DNA of 63,678 nucleotides, counting the filler, from Licmophora abbreviata (taxonomy: Eukaryota): the NCBI GenBank assembly GCA_900291995.1. It is 12 parts of 12 records of this genome, joined end to end, with 100 filler letters (N's around TTAATTAATTAA, not from the genome) between each part and the next. Parts side by side here need not be neighbours in the genome. Positions count along the whole stretch, not along the records: positions 1 to 10,208 come from OLMU01001648.1; positions 10,309 to 12,375 come from OLMU01001653.1; 10 more parts are not named here. One strand, 5' to 3'. Positions 1 through 12,475 of this stretch are shown here, piece after piece (the first letter of the stretch is position 1; each line of letters opens with the position of its first letter). Below the pieces are notes generated by a model. The model worked only from the letters and a program-made list of their open reading frames with translations, was not told the origin of the DNA and made no database searches. Made by a program: the position numbers and the translations under genes.

Positions 1-816
1 AATTTGGGCTATCTGCTGACGTTTGCGCACATGGTTCGGATCCGCTTCCACCTGCAGTCGTTCCTGAAGGACATTTTTGAGAAGCGAGTACAAAGAATAC
101 GGCACGTTGACACATCGGACGGAAAGACACTGCGTGTGAGTCTGCACATGCGACGGGCCGACGCTTGTGGTCACGCCCAGGATGGTTATGAGACCAAGGG
201 ATCGCCTCTCGACTCTCCCGCGCAAACTTCCGGAAAGAGAAAATGCTACGCCACATGCGTGTACTTGGATGCCCTGAAACGAGCAAAAGAAGCTGCTCCT
301 CCGGGCACAACGATTGAAGTATTCTTGTCGACCGACCACGCAGGTTCCGTAATGGACGAGATTCGAGACGAATACGGTGAGCTCTACAAGTCAATGAACT
401 GGTACTTTCTAAACTATTCCAGCGAGAACACATTTCATTACGAGGGTATGATCGAGGGCACTGACGTCGAAAGCGGCAAGCAGGCCATGCTGGGCGAAAG
501 CGCCGTGGCTGATCTGTTCCTCGTGAGCCACGGCGAAGTGTTTATTGGTCACTTGGGTTCCCGCTTTGGTAAGCTTTCATGGTTGTTGGCGACATCTCGC
601 CGCAATGCGTTTGTCCCGTTCTTTTCGGTAGATGGACATAGCTTCTGCTGCGAGATTGACGAAGCATGTGAGAAAGTGAAACCTTACATTCAATCGATGG
701 AGAACTGCATGACTTTCTCCCACGAGATGACACATCATATCGAGACGAATAAGGACTACTGGGAGGTAGGATCCCGTGTACGAGAAAAGTTTGTCAAGTC
801 TTTGAAAAAGAAGTGA
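1..816 (+). CDS. Alpha-1,6-fucosyltransferase/NodZ (GT23-like) glycosyltransferase, 5'-truncated by the window edge
   Basis: Open frame to TGA at 816. GT-B fucosyltransferase motifs occur in the expected order: SLHMRRAD (cf. HVRRxD), VFLSTD, and ADLFLVSHGEVFIGHLGSRFGKL (cf. D..LL...D..V.T.SS...R). Confidence 0.65.
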   Translation, partial: NLGYLLTFAHMVRIRFHLQSFLKDIFEKRVQRIRHVDTSDGKTLRVSLHMRRADACGHAQDGYETKGSPLDSPAQTSGKRKCYATCVYLDALKRAKEAAPPGTTIEVFLSTDHAGSVMDEIRDEYGELYKSMNWYFLNYSSENTFHYEGMIEGTDVESGKQAMLGESAVADLFLVSHGEVFIGHLGSRFGKLSWLLATSRRNAFVPFFSVDGHSFCCEIDEACEKVKPYIQSMENCMTFSHEMTHHIETNKDYWEVGSRVREKFVKSLKKK

Positions 817-1305
817 GAGAACGATCGAGGGTCGATGAGCGCGGTGAGGGTTATCAATTCTGTCCCTACCGACACCAGTCGCTATTATAAGATAGGCTTC
901 GATTTTGTTGCTTGCATCGTCAGTCTATCCTTACCTGGTCCAGGATGAAGCACGCACAAGTGAGTTGTGTCTGAAAAACAACATTCCTCGTCGTGAGGAG
1001 TGGCATGAACGTCGATCAGGCTTCAGAGGGCGGCGCTCCGAAACGCGAAATGCCTTTCAAATCACTGTCGGCGGGAAAGCTCTATTTAAAAGGGTATTAG
1101 TGAAGGTTGATGTTATTAATAAGAGCTGGAAGCGCGCCGATACGGCAATAAGTGCGTTGAGACGCGGAGACGACAAAATTCAAAATTGCAAAATTCAAAA
1201 TGCCGGTGCAGAGGGCAGACAAGCTCAAAGTTTCGAAGTTTGAAGTTTGTCTTCGCTCGTCACGCTGTTGCACTGACCATGAATGCGAAGCAATTTTAGT
1301 CCGTG

Positions 1306-2639
1306 ATGAACCAGTCTAGGACAGAGAAGAAGAGTGCATCATGGCGGCGTTATGTGGTCACCTTCTCTGGAGTAATTCTAGCGATCTACGCTCTCCAGCA
1401 GATCGCGACGTCGAACTTTCTCATCTGCTCTCAATTTCAGGATTCACCGGGGTTCGACTCGGCGTCTCCCGAAAAGGCCGTCGTAGCAGCGCCAGGGCTG
1501 AAGGGTCTTGCGGACCTTCATTTGGTCCGACCGTCAGTTCAGAACTCGTCTCTCTCAGGAGCGGATATCGCCATTTCCATTCTGTCACGGACCTACAACC
1601 AGACGTTTGGCCGTCTAGTAGACTCATGCGACGAAGACACGACGCTGAGAGCATGCGCTCAAGACATGGTGCAGGCAAAGACAGCGACGCAGTCAACTAA
1701 AGATTCTGTTCTCGAACGTCTGGGCGCGTCTGTGGTGAAATCTGAAGGAAAAGACGAGGACGACAGCGACCGGTCACGCGCAAGTCCATGGTGGTTCGAA
1801 ACTCTCGTGCGAGACATATCCAAGCCTGAAGCTCATGCCGGCTGGCACCATCTCGCTTCGATTGATCCCCCCTTGGCCATGTGCACCATTGAGAAAGTTG
1901 CGACGACGCAGTGGCGTCGAGTCTTTGCACAGTTGAAATACTCCAACTGTACGGAATACGGCCCTATAAAGCCTCCCTGCTGCGCTTTTGCGTCTCAACA
2001 TTGCTTCGGGGACAAGTGGGACGAGCTGCAGGCAGCAGCCAAACAAAATTTTGTCATTTTGCGAGACCACTAGAGAGATTTCTGTCGGCGTTCTTGAACA
2101 AGTGCGAAGGAAGCCCGGGTGACCGGCAGTGGTGCAAACCTGAAGTCGTATTTACAACCTTCTCCGATCGGAATCCCCTGCTCAAGGGCATGACGAAACG
2201 GGAACGATTTTCGGCGTACGTGGATGTCGTACCACTGCATTGGGACTTACACTTCTTTCCACAATCGCTTTATTGCGGCGGCCTGTACCGCTCGATCGAC
2301 CAGTACGATTTTGTAGGAAAGATGGACTCAGAGTTCTTTCAGGACCTGGATCGGCTGACTCGTATGGCAGACGAAAACAGCAGCAAGAAGAACAAGATGA
2401 GAAACATTGTCAAGCTAATATTCGATACGAGGTGGGAGCAATTCAATAAGGGTGGCAACGTGAAAAAGAAGGGAGAAAATCAGGGAACAGAGACGAAGGC
2501 GCCGTCACACGTGCTTGAGTACTACACAGCCAGAACGGTTCGGCGGGTGTTGGAGTATACAACACTGGATTATCTCACGCTTGGCCTTCAAGTTCCTGCC
2601 TGGGCTCTTGATATGCTGGAAGAAGATGCTCGCCGGTAG
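1306..2639 (+). CDS. Golgi-type carbohydrate sulfotransferase (Sulfotransfer_2 family), one-base frameshift at ~2067
   Basis: N-terminal type II anchor (YVVTFSGVILAIYAL) and 5'-PSB motif CTIEKVATTQWRR. The 3'-PB motif LRD[P]LERFLSAF is split between ORFs 1303-2073 and 1911-2639. Downstream HFFPQSLYCG and YDFVG also fit the family. Confidence 0.8.
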
Positions 2640-2914
2640 CGCTGCTTGCCAGAGTGGGAGGTGACGAAGAGAATGGTCTCGTCGGGAGGCCAAGATGGTT
2701 TCGATGTACGGAAAAAGTTGCCGGTGCTACATGCATGATACGGCACGCATGTCCCAGAATGAGATCAGCTCGGAAAGACCCAGCAACTTCGATCAGAGAC
2801 GTCTAAGTTGTTGAAACCCTAACACCAGATTACTATGTACGCTAACCATTCTAATACTCCAATGAAGCTCCCAGATTGAACAATCTCTTCATAACGATAA
2901 ACGCTCCTCATCAT

Positions 2915-3768
2915 CTATACTTGAGCGACGACATCGATTTCGTCCTCAGCACTTTCAGCCAACTGCGATGCCGTCGCCGCTGCAAGTCTCGCCGCTGCAT
3001 CTAGGGCCTCCGATGTCGCGGACGCTTCGAGCGGGTTGTGCACACGTACAGATTCCATGCCCAAGTTTTCTGCCTTGACGTAGGAATCAGCCGCCGCCAA
3101 GGCGGATTCAACCACCGCCGACTCTACAACAGCCGCTGCCGCAGCAGCCGATGACTTCTGGTACGACTCGTCTCCTTGCAACAACGCATGATCGACGATA
3201 CCGGCCGCAGCTGACGAAAGCTCTTCGTCTTCAACTTCATCGCCACTCTTACCCGTGTATCGCCGCATCATCTTTTTGTTCTCCCTTCGATAACGCATGC
3301 GACGCCAAATGTTCTTCCGCAGCAACCAATCGTGGCCTTCCTTGCCTTTGATGTACTTTTGATTGTAGACGAACTCCTCGCCATCATCAGCCAATTCAGC
3401 CCACGCGCGATACGATCTAGTCGCAAGCACCGCAGGAACATCCATTTCCTTGGCAATCTGCTCGTCAGGGATAGATGCTGTGAAGCGTCGCTTCTTCTCC
3501 TTCAGTTCGTCTCCTCCGGCACGCCCGTCTGTTCCAGTTGCCGCGCACGCTTCAAATGTTCGTGATCCTTGATGTTGTTGCGTCGAGCAATCATAAGGCG
3601 CCGCAACAATCGCTCTTCATCGTCTCCGCGACCCTTGAAGAATTCTCGGCAGGCATAGCGAATCTTCTGGCCGTCCTCGAGATTCATCCACTTCTGGTAT
3701 GTCGGAGAACGCTTAACGAGACCTTCGTCAAAATCGGGTGGGCGAGGGCCCATTTTGGGTCCCGGCAT
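2915..3768 (-). CDS. Uncharacterised protein with two internal repeats of a (S/T)Y..W..L.DG....Y module; frameshift at ~3502-3545
   Basis: ORFs 3502-3879 and 2915-3445 encode similar modules ([20 protein letters not shown] and [21 protein letters not shown]). They are bridged by an open -1 frame ([25 protein letters not shown]). Confidence 0.6.
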
Positions 3769-3857
3769 GATGGATGATAGTGTTTGACGAACGAGGGGTG
3801 GTGCCTCTGCAAGGAGAGAATCATGACGAGCAAGGGGTGAGCCATTGCATTGGTTGG

Positions 3858-3880
3858 TTTGGCGGGAAATCGCATTCAAA
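3858..3880 (-). promoter_or_regulatory. E2F-like site TTTCCCGCCAAA preceded by a CHR-like TTTGAA
   Basis: The minus strand reads TTTGAA-tgcga-TTTCCCGCCAAA about 90 nt upstream of ATG 3768. It matches the TTTSSCGC consensus. Confidence 0.45.
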
Positions 3881-4447
3881 AATGTACCGGCGCATCAACC
3901 CGTATCCCTAATCATCTAATCATCTGATCATCGTTCACAAGACAGATACAAGAGCTTCAATTTCTGATCGGATCACGCCAGACAGCGAGCGAGTGCGTCA
4001 CAGCCACAAGAAAGCAATTCGATCGTGAGATGAGCTGGCGACGAGCATGGACGCTTTCGTCATTGCTCCCTTTCACTTGGGCGTTCGAAAATCTGTCGCA
4101 TCATCAGGACATGGGCTTTTGATGTCTCCCGGAGCAGGAATGAATTGGGTCATGTTGCCGTCGCTCCAGGTCATGGGCTCCTCACCTGCTTTTTTGTGTG
4201 AACTTCGAACTTTGTGTGGTCGAGATCGCCAATTTGAGAATGTACTGAAATTTGTTTAGCGTGTACATACGTCGATTCATTACTTGAGTCTACGATGCAA
4301 CAAAAGATTCTGTCTGTCAGCCCGCAAAGGTATCCTCGAGCGCGCCATCACCGCTCATTCTTTCCACACATCGGGTTGGCGTTTTGAGTTTCGCGCGCGC
4401 CCAAGATTTCAAGATGTTTCAGGTTCCCAGGTTTCGTTGAACATACT

Positions 4448-7400
4448 ATGACGACGACGACGACCATGAACGACTCTGACTTGTCTCTTCGCAGCCTGCT
4501 TCGACTTGCATCTCCTCTCCACAAGGACAGCAGTACTTTATCCCTTCGTCAGCTGGTACCTGTCCACTTTTGCTTACTGCAGGCCGTGTTTTCCGATGGA
4601 GGAGAAGCCGCTGGATTTGAGTCTCTACTCGTAGATGATGCCTCTATAGACGTGTCGCTGTTCGATCAAGAAGAGGGGAAACAAATATTGCAGCAATATT
4701 GCGATCCAAAAAAGAGGCTACTCGTACTACAGCGACTCTTGTACGTGTTTCGAAACGACCCCTTTCACGGGCTAGCCAGGATTGTTCTGCCGTATCTTCT
4801 ACGGAATGCCAATCTCGGAAGAAGTGATGGCAGAAGCGATGAGGAATTGAGAGAAGAGTTGCTAGATGCAGTTTTTGAATGTCCATCAAGCTCTGTAGCA
4901 GAATCATCGCCTTGGTTAGACGAGTGCCTGCAACGCTGCCGTGATCCACCAGGTGCCCTTTCGGTGGAGGAACCCGTGCAGATTGGCTGGTGGACAACAA
5001 CATGTCGAGTCTTGATGCGACTGTATCGTGTTTCTGTGTCTCAGGAAAATTCTTGCAGTCGTGGGACTGTAAAAGTTGCTGCGGCGTGCTATGGCAAGAT
5101 ATACCAGGGCTTAGAACTTGCCTGTACAACGACGACCAGACAAGATACCGACCCGGTAGAGTATTTGAAGCCAATCACCTCTTGGATTCTGCCACTTTTG
5201 TACGATGGCCAGAAATCTCAGGAACGGGACGATCAATCTCAAACGAACGAGCTTTGGCGAAGAGTATGGGGTGTCTACTCGGTGAATTCTGCAGATGAGT
5301 CTCGTATGGTTGTCATTTCTGCAATCTTGTGTAGCATTCTTCCACATGTTTCACAGTTACCGCTACCAGTTGGCAACGATCCGGATGTGTTGTCACAAAT
5401 CCCTGTACATCAGTCAATTATGTGGGACTTTCTGTTTGCGTCGCTCCGTCAAGGAATGGATGCCTCACTGGTTCTCGATACGGGATCTGCCGCCAAGCAG
5501 CGACTGAACGCACGAGACCAGATCATACGGCGACGGGGGCTCTACATCTTGCGACTTGTGATCGAATCTTCGAACGTACCAAGAAACTCAGTCTGGAATA
5601 AGTATCTTCTCTGTGCTGAGGCGTTGGAAATGGAAACGGAGGCTCATTTGATAGATCAAGTGTGGGACACAGTAGCGGCACTCTGCATTGAAGCTGCCTC
5701 GACAGAGCCTGATATGACAGCACAGAACTGTCTACCGGTACTGACTTGGAACTGGATCAACTTGCTGTTATCCAGAGCATTCTTCTCTGAGACGCCTGCT
5801 CAACGCAAGTTGACTCTGTTTCGCTTCTTGAATGGAAACACGGGAATCCGAGTGACAAATGAAAACTCAACGCCGGTACCGCCTGAGGAAAAGACTCCCG
5901 CCGTTATATTCCAGCCCGGCAAGAAAAAACACCACATTAAAGCGAAGAAAGTGCGAACGTCGACCCTTGCACCGATAACGTTTGTCTCGTCGGACTTTGT
6001 CTTGAACGTTCTCCTGCCGTCGTTTGACGCGACCGTGCAGTCGGTAGGAACGTTCATAAACTTCGAAGAGAAAGGGAGAATCCAGAAGGATGATCTGGAA
6101 GCAAAGCTTTCGAAGTTTCTTATCTGCTACTTTCAGGCAATCTTGTCCGATAAAGAAAAAGCGAAACTATTCCTAGCGGGGGTGTGGAGCCCGGGTGTGG
6201 TGTGTAGATTGAGGACCAAGATTGTGGTGCAAGTGTTTCGCGCCGTTGCGGACACGCTGGACGGGTCGAACGAGAGCGAGCGTATCGACGTCAACGAGAT
6301 TATGCTGGAAAACGCCCTGGCCTCGCTAAAGCGCCTCTTTGGGACGGGCTCAGTAGTGACGGTGTACCGTGAAAGTCTCTTGGCGGACTTCGCGTGCACG
6401 TTGTCGCGGTCGTCGGTAGAAAGAAGCATTGAACCGAAACTGATCCTCGGAGTTTTCTCAATGTTCCCGCTCGTTGTACCATTGAAGGCTACGGCCGCAG
6501 TCGACCCACCTGTTGATATAATCCAGCAGAAACCAACCTATGGCTCACTTCAGCAGTGGCTTGCGGTTCAGATGGATTCGCTGTCTTGGGCCCCGACTGT
6601 GGGGGCCGCTTGCGCGTCTGCATTTGTTGCTGGTCAGCTTTTTCCGCGATCTACTGATTGGAATCCAGCATCGGGAAGCACTGACACTGAACGCGCCGTT
6701 GGAGGTGCCATTTCGCTTTTGTGCACGCTGGCCAGTGACTTGGATAGCTCATCGACTGCAAGCGCTTTACTCTGGCCAGCTATTCATAAAGCGTTATCCA
6801 ATAGCCCGCGGGGGCAGCCGTGGATCAACGCAGATCGAGCAACTAGAGGATTAATTCTCCTTGAGAACGGCTGTCGTTTGAATGTACTCTCGGGAATGGG
6901 AAACGGCGATCTCATTGTCGACAGGACTCAGCAGATGCTTCCTCCTCCCCCAAACATAGACGGAATCCTTGAAAATGCAGTTCAGTTTATCTTGAGTCAT
7001 GTCGCTGCGTTGACTTCGTTTGAAGGAAGCGCATCAACCGCAAAACTTGGTGGGGGGCTACGTTCAGGAGAACCCGCTCGTGTCTCGTTGACTTTTACAA
7101 ATCTTATTCGTCAGATGGAAACTCTGAAGAATGCGTATCCGTCGAGTCTGGCTGTTTCAAGAGCGATTGATGAGATGCTGCAACAGAGTATCGCCGCTCT
7201 CGATGTTACTACAGGACATCTTGTGTCGACGATGGCATTGGCGTACGCGGCTCTTGCATGTGGAGCACAGCCTTATCAGCCGAGCAATTCAGAATCGGTC
7301 GAGTTGCTTGAGCCCATGCTCACCGTCTGTCGACGCTTGCTAGAATCTGTGTTTTCGAGTGCCGGACTGACAAAACGCGACGAGCAGACGGCGCGGTCAG

Positions 7401-9961
7401 TGTTCTATTACGCCAAGTGGGGAGCTCTGTCTTGCATGCTGAAACACGTACGCGAGGCACCGAAACGAAATGAGTCCCTCGAGCTGAATACTTTGCTTAC
7501 CGACTTATTCGACAACGCGCTGGATTCGGTCCGTGCTGCTCCACCGAGCGCGCTCCTCCCCCTATTTGACTGCATCGTCGTGGGGGCTAAAAGCTGGCTA
7601 CCTGGGGCGGCAAGTGGTGTTGATTCCGATGTTTACGTACAGAATCTGAATGGGATTATCACAGCGCTCTTTGCCGTGATCGAAGACTCATCTTCTAATG
7701 CTCGTGAAGCATCGTATATGTTGGACGAAGTTTGCGCCCTGTTGTTCCGGCCACCCCTCCTCCTGGAGGAACTCAGACGCCTGGACCGAGACCCCGACAG
7801 CCCAACGCCGATCCTTGATGCCTATCGGAATCTCATGAGGAAAGCGGGGACACTTCGCTCCCATATTTCGAGGGCGGTTGTTTGTAGATTGAGTGTCGCG
7901 TGGCTCGGAAAGCCAGGAGCTGGTGACGAGGCGATTGGAATGGGAGCGATTCCATACCGGGAAGATATATTCAATCTTCTGTTGCACAAAGAAACGAGGC
8001 AAGATGCAGAATCAACTCAGCGCGATGAGACGACGACGAACGGCGACTTAGCAAAACTGGAACTTCCAATAGGCACGAGTGACTCTAGTGTCGTGCAGGG
8101 CTTCGTTCTTCTCTTCTTGGGGAAGATTCCAGTTGTCGATGTCTCTCTCAGAGTCAGAAGCGACCTGCTTCATTTCCTAATTGAGAAGTTACTGGACGAG
8201 GCCAGCGCGAAACTTCCCAAGAAGGGCACGATAATGATTACAGGGACACCGCAGTATAGCGTGAAAATGCGATCATGGCAAGCACTCTGTGTTCTGTCCC
8301 GCTTCGTTACCCTCAGTAATGCCCAGTATGTATGTGACAAGACGTTTGCATGTTTTGGTCAGACATTGCATGGTCAGATCCGATATTTTATGGAAATTTT
8401 CGCAATTCAGTGTGCTCGCGAGCGCACCCTGAGATTTTTGGTAGAGCGCTTGCGCATGAGCTCCGCCGACGAGATCTGACTCTGCAACAGGTTTCATCGC
8501 TCATGATTGTCGCCGGCAACCTCATTGTGGGACGGTACAAGATTGACTTCTTTCGTCAGTTCGAATCTGGCGCTCGCACAACTGGACTACACGAGATCTT
8601 GGCAGGCGTGCTTCCTTGGTTAAGTAGCACACAGGGCTTTAGCCGGGCCATTGCACAGCTCCTTGCCTACGACTTGATCCCCATGGTCATCAGTGTTGAA
8701 GAGGGCACCACTGACACCGTACCTGACAGCGACTGGTACCTGCGGTCCGTTTTCTGGTTTCTGAACGAGAACCCCGACACCAAGCGACTGCGCAAGAAAC
8801 AAGCAAAATTCTTCGACAACTACGAAGTCGACGAAACGTGTACGGCGGAGGGCATTCTTCGGCTACCTGTGGATGAGGGCAGTGAAGCGAATCCACCACA
8901 CATGGTGGAGGCAATTAAAAGATGTCTCGAGCAGGTGTATCTCGAATCGCATGAGCATGACGCCCCCAATTGGAAACACGTGGAGACTATTTTGTCGACT
9001 GCCGAACAGGAGGCCTCGGGTGTGCTTGATGATGCGCATGGTAGCAATAGCCAGGTGAGCTTCCAACGCAAGATAATTCCCATTGACGCCTTGGACTTGG
9101 CCGTTGACGAGTCGCGACTGGGGCGACTGTGTAATGCGACTGGACGATCGAAGCAGCAGCTCGTCGTGTGTGCAACGTTGGTAGACAAGGTCCCGAACCT
9201 CGCTGGACTCGCGCGGACTGCCGAGATCTTTGCGGCTGATCGCCTCGTGATTCCTGACAAGGGCGTTTGCCGCATGGACAATTTCAAGAGTATCAGCGTC
9301 GGCGCTGAACTTTGGATCGAGATTGAAGAATGCAAGGAGGATGTGAGTAGTTTTGCATGGACACTTTGTTTCGCTAGAGTGCATCAACCGCGTTTGCCGA
9401 GTGAGGACTGTCATATGATATACCAAGATCTGTTCTGAGCACATACTGACGAGAATCTTGACCCAAGCATCTGACGGCAAACATACAAGGACGACTGCTT
9501 CAAAGGACGTTCGAATGATATCACAATTCTTGCCTGAATAGTGTTGTATTCTGACACCATATGGAGGCTAGTTTACTAGGGATGACGAACGTCCAACGAA
9601 CTGCCGAAGCTCGCTCATGAACTCTGAGTCGCTTTCTGTCTAACTTGTCACTTGCTTACTTCTTTCCTGCATGCAGTCACTATTGTCTTGGCTAAGACGC
9701 CAAAAAGACGACGGATATACCATTGTTGGCTTGGAACAGACTTCCTCAAGCAGCCTCATAACTTCTTACTCGTTCCCCAAGAAGTGTGTTATATTGCTGG
9801 GGAAAGAAAAAGAAGGCATCCCGGTCCAGTATTTGCAAGCCGTCGACACTTGCGTAGAGGTTCCACAGCTTGGCATCCTGCGTAGCTTGAATGTGCACGT
9901 CACGGCGGCGTTGGCGATTTGGGAATATACGAAACAAGGAATGATGGCGGCGGAACATTGA
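4448..9961 (+). CDS. TARBP1: tRNA (guanosine-18 2'-O)-methyltransferase TRM3/TARBP1 (long helical region plus C-terminal SpoU domain); frameshift ~8417-8424; intron 9343-9676
   Basis: SpoU motifs VCATLVDKVPNLAGLARTAEIF, GYTIVGLEQT, LLGKEKEGIP and VEVPQLGILRSLNVHV, plus the SFQRKIIP linker. A phase-0 GTGAGT..ATGCAG intron joins KED to SLLSW. Confidence 0.9.
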
Positions 9962-10208
9962 GTACGCATAACCATTGAACCTGAGTGTGTATACCAGCAC
10001 ACGGACTCCACGGAAAGATCGGTTCTGCTATCAACGTGCCGTCGTGTGTTATCATTCGAATCGAACCTCTACGAGACCAAAATAGTCTTCCGATGCCTTT
10101 CAGCCCTTGTAGTCGACTGTCACCATGAAGCTAGATGTGATTGCCTTAGAATGCAGAACGATGCGGTGCACTTCGCAATCGTCGCGGCGTGGGGATGGGA
10201 TGAGCCGG

Positions 10209-10308
10209 NNNNNNNNNNNNNNNNNNNNNNNNNNNNNNNNNNNNNNNNNNNNTTAATTAATTAANNNNNNNNNNNNNNNNNNNNNNNNNNNNNNNNNNNN
10301 NNNNNNNN
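10209..10308. other. Artificial contig spacer N44-TTAATTAATTAA-N44
   Basis: The identical 100-nt linker, with stops in all six frames, recurs 11 times in the window. Confidence 0.97.
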
Positions 10309-10310
10309 TT

Positions 10311-12179
10311 CTATTTCCACAAAGTTAACATGCCACGCTTCTGGCTTTTGCTATTGCTAAAGGTCCCCACCATGCCGTCATGAGGATGATGAAGTAGACC
10401 CGTGACCTCTGCCGCTTCCTTGTCACGCCCACTTTCCAGTGCAAAGTCCCCTATCATCTTTTCCTGCGTACCCGTAACGACATCAAAGACGCAACACACG
10501 CCGGCCTCGGTGACGGCATACAGCCAACGATTTGATGGGCTCACAGCAGCAGCAACAAAGACGGAACCGTTCCCATCGAACGTGCGTATCACTAGTCCAT
10601 TAGGCGTCACCAGGAAAGCTCGACTTCCGCGGGGTACAATCACGATGGAGTGCGGAGGTGTGTGGAGCGGAAGGATACTGTGGACGTTGGGACTGGTCCC
10701 CTCGTCCGTTGTCGCCTCCACACGAGTTTCCATAACGATAGACGAGCCAGCACTTGAAAGTTTGCTTCCCAAGGACGATGGTCTTAACACGTACATGATT
10801 TCGGCAGTCTTTCCGTCCCATACGCGAACAGTCCCGTCTGCAGACCCTGTGACGACCCGCAAATGAGAGCCCCCGTCAGCCAGAAGATACTGACAAGTGT
10901 TGACATAGGACGTGTGCCCTCGGAACTCTTTGAGCATGCGAGATGTACGCAAGCCGAATTCACGACATGTTGAATCGTGACTTCCGCTCAGTACATGCGA
11001 ACCATCGTGCGAGAATGCCAAACAAGATATGATTTGAGCATCGTGGGCGGAGAACTGGCGAAGACACGTGCCATTGTCGACTTTCCAGACGAGGATTGTT
11101 CCATCTGCAGCTCCACCAGCAATCATGGCCCCATCGTTTGACACTGCCAACGACATTATCGCACTGTTATACCAGAGAAAGTCTTCCTTCTCTTGGTAAG
11201 GCAAATCCGTTCGGAGGCTCGAGTACTTTGGTGCGCTGTAGATTTCCACAAGACCGTCCGACGAGGCCGTCACAAGCCCCGAGGCATCTGGTAAGAACAA
11301 AGCACATTCTGCTGTTGCCTTCTTTCCAAATTTGATGGACGAATAAGGACTTGTAGGTATTGATTCACCTACAACTTCATCGGCGACGACCACATCTCCA
11401 ACGCTTCGCGTCTCAAGCATATCCACTTCACCAAGAACCAAATCGAACTCCTTCCTTCGCTTTCGACGTTTTCGCTTCTTTTCAGTGTCCCTTTCCTCTT
11501 CAATACATTCGTCAGCTTCCCAATGACGCTTCACCATGGGTAGCTCTCCCGTATGAGACTGCCACTTGACCGCTTGCTGTAGCAAGGTCACGAGACGGGA
11601 GGGTGGAACGATAGCTATTGAATCGGCTAGCCGCTTTCCGACATCCTCCCGTCTAGTTCGCTTCGACACAGTCCCATAAAAGTCGTCCGGAACTAGAAGC
11701 TTCCGTCTCGCTTCGTCGTTGGAAGCCCGAAATGACGAGAGTGCCGCCAAGGTTTGCTCCAGCACTCGCGAAGGAGGGATGGAGTGGAGCCCTCCTCGTT
11801 TGTTCGGTTCTCCACTCACGGCCTCGTCTAAGTCATCCGCCGCCAACCGCAGTACAGCATAAGCTAACTCCATCTCTCCAATATCCGCCAATTCCAAGAT
11901 TGCCATCTCATGTACATCTGCCAACAGATCCTTGGGAATGCGACTACGCGTTTTGTCCAGAGTGGATAGGCTCTGCAGAATCATGCCCCAGTCGCCCTTG
12001 AGCGCCCAAGCTTTAAAACTGGAATGACAGACACCCGCTGGAAGTACACCGCTTTCTTCTCGTAGTACCCGAGAAGCTTCATGTAGCCCGGATTCAGTCA
12101 AGTGAGCTTGAATTAGTCGAAGTACATCGCCAGAGTCGACCGACAAGGATGGAGGACCGGCAGAGTCGGCTGGCATCAT
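10311..12179 (-). CDS. SMU1: Spliceosomal WD40 protein SMU1 (LisH/CTLH + WD40)
   Basis: DVLRLIQAHLTESGL (LisH), VPPSRLVTLLQQAVKWQ, IKFGKKATAECA and MLKEFRGHTSYVN match SMU1 hallmarks. The protein ends in HHPH...LTLWK. Confidence 0.9.
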   Translation of the reverse strand: MMPADSAGPPSLSVDSGDVLRLIQAHLTESGLHEASRVLREESGVLPAGVCHSSFKAWALKGDWGMILQSLSTLDKTRSRIPKDLLADVHEMAILELADIGEMELAYAVLRLAADDLDEAVSGEPNKRGGLHSIPPSRVLEQTLAALSSFRASNDEARRKLLVPDDFYGTVSKRTRREDVGKRLADSIAIVPPSRLVTLLQQAVKWQSHTGELPMVKRHWEADECIEEERDTEKKRKRRKRRKEFDLVLGEVDMLETRSVGDVVVADEVVGESIPTSPYSSIKFGKKATAECALFLPDASGLVTASSDGLVEIYSAPKYSSLRTDLPYQEKEDFLWYNSAIMSLAVSNDGAMIAGGAADGTILVWKVDNGTCLRQFSAHDAQIISCLAFSHDGSHVLSGSHDSTCREFGLRTSRMLKEFRGHTSYVNTCQYLLADGGSHLRVVTGSADGTVRVWDGKTAEIMYVLRPSSLGSKLSSAGSSIVMETRVEATTDEGTSPNVHSILPLHTPPHSIVIVPRGSRAFLVTPNGLVIRTFDGNGSVFVAAAVSPSNRWLYAVTEAGVCCVFDVVTGTQEKMIGDFALESGRDKEAAEVTGLLHHPHDGMVGTFSNSKSQKRGMLTLWK

Positions 12180-12375
12180 GATGTCACTCTTTTCAATCAG
12201 TTGTGGGGGAGCCGTTTCTTATCAAAAAATGCGACAGTTAAACAGAATCAATGACTTCATAAGCACTTCACTGTACTGGACGGCAAATCAACCAGCTCAA
12301 GATGCAGGCTCTGTTTATATGCTGCCATCGACAGACAACGAAAAACCGCGACGTCGAGACATGACGGCGAAATCG

Positions 12376-12475
12376 NNNNNNNNNNNNNNNNNNNNNNNNN
12401 NNNNNNNNNNNNNNNNNNNTTAATTAATTAANNNNNNNNNNNNNNNNNNNNNNNNNNNNNNNNNNNNNNNNNNNN
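12376..12475. other. Artificial contig spacer
   Basis: N44-TTAATTAATTAA-N44. Confidence 0.97.

Noticed and set aside
905..1243. 112-aa TTG-initiated ORF
   Set aside because: Intergenic sequence translating tandem promoter-like repeats (KIQNCKIQN); no ATG start.
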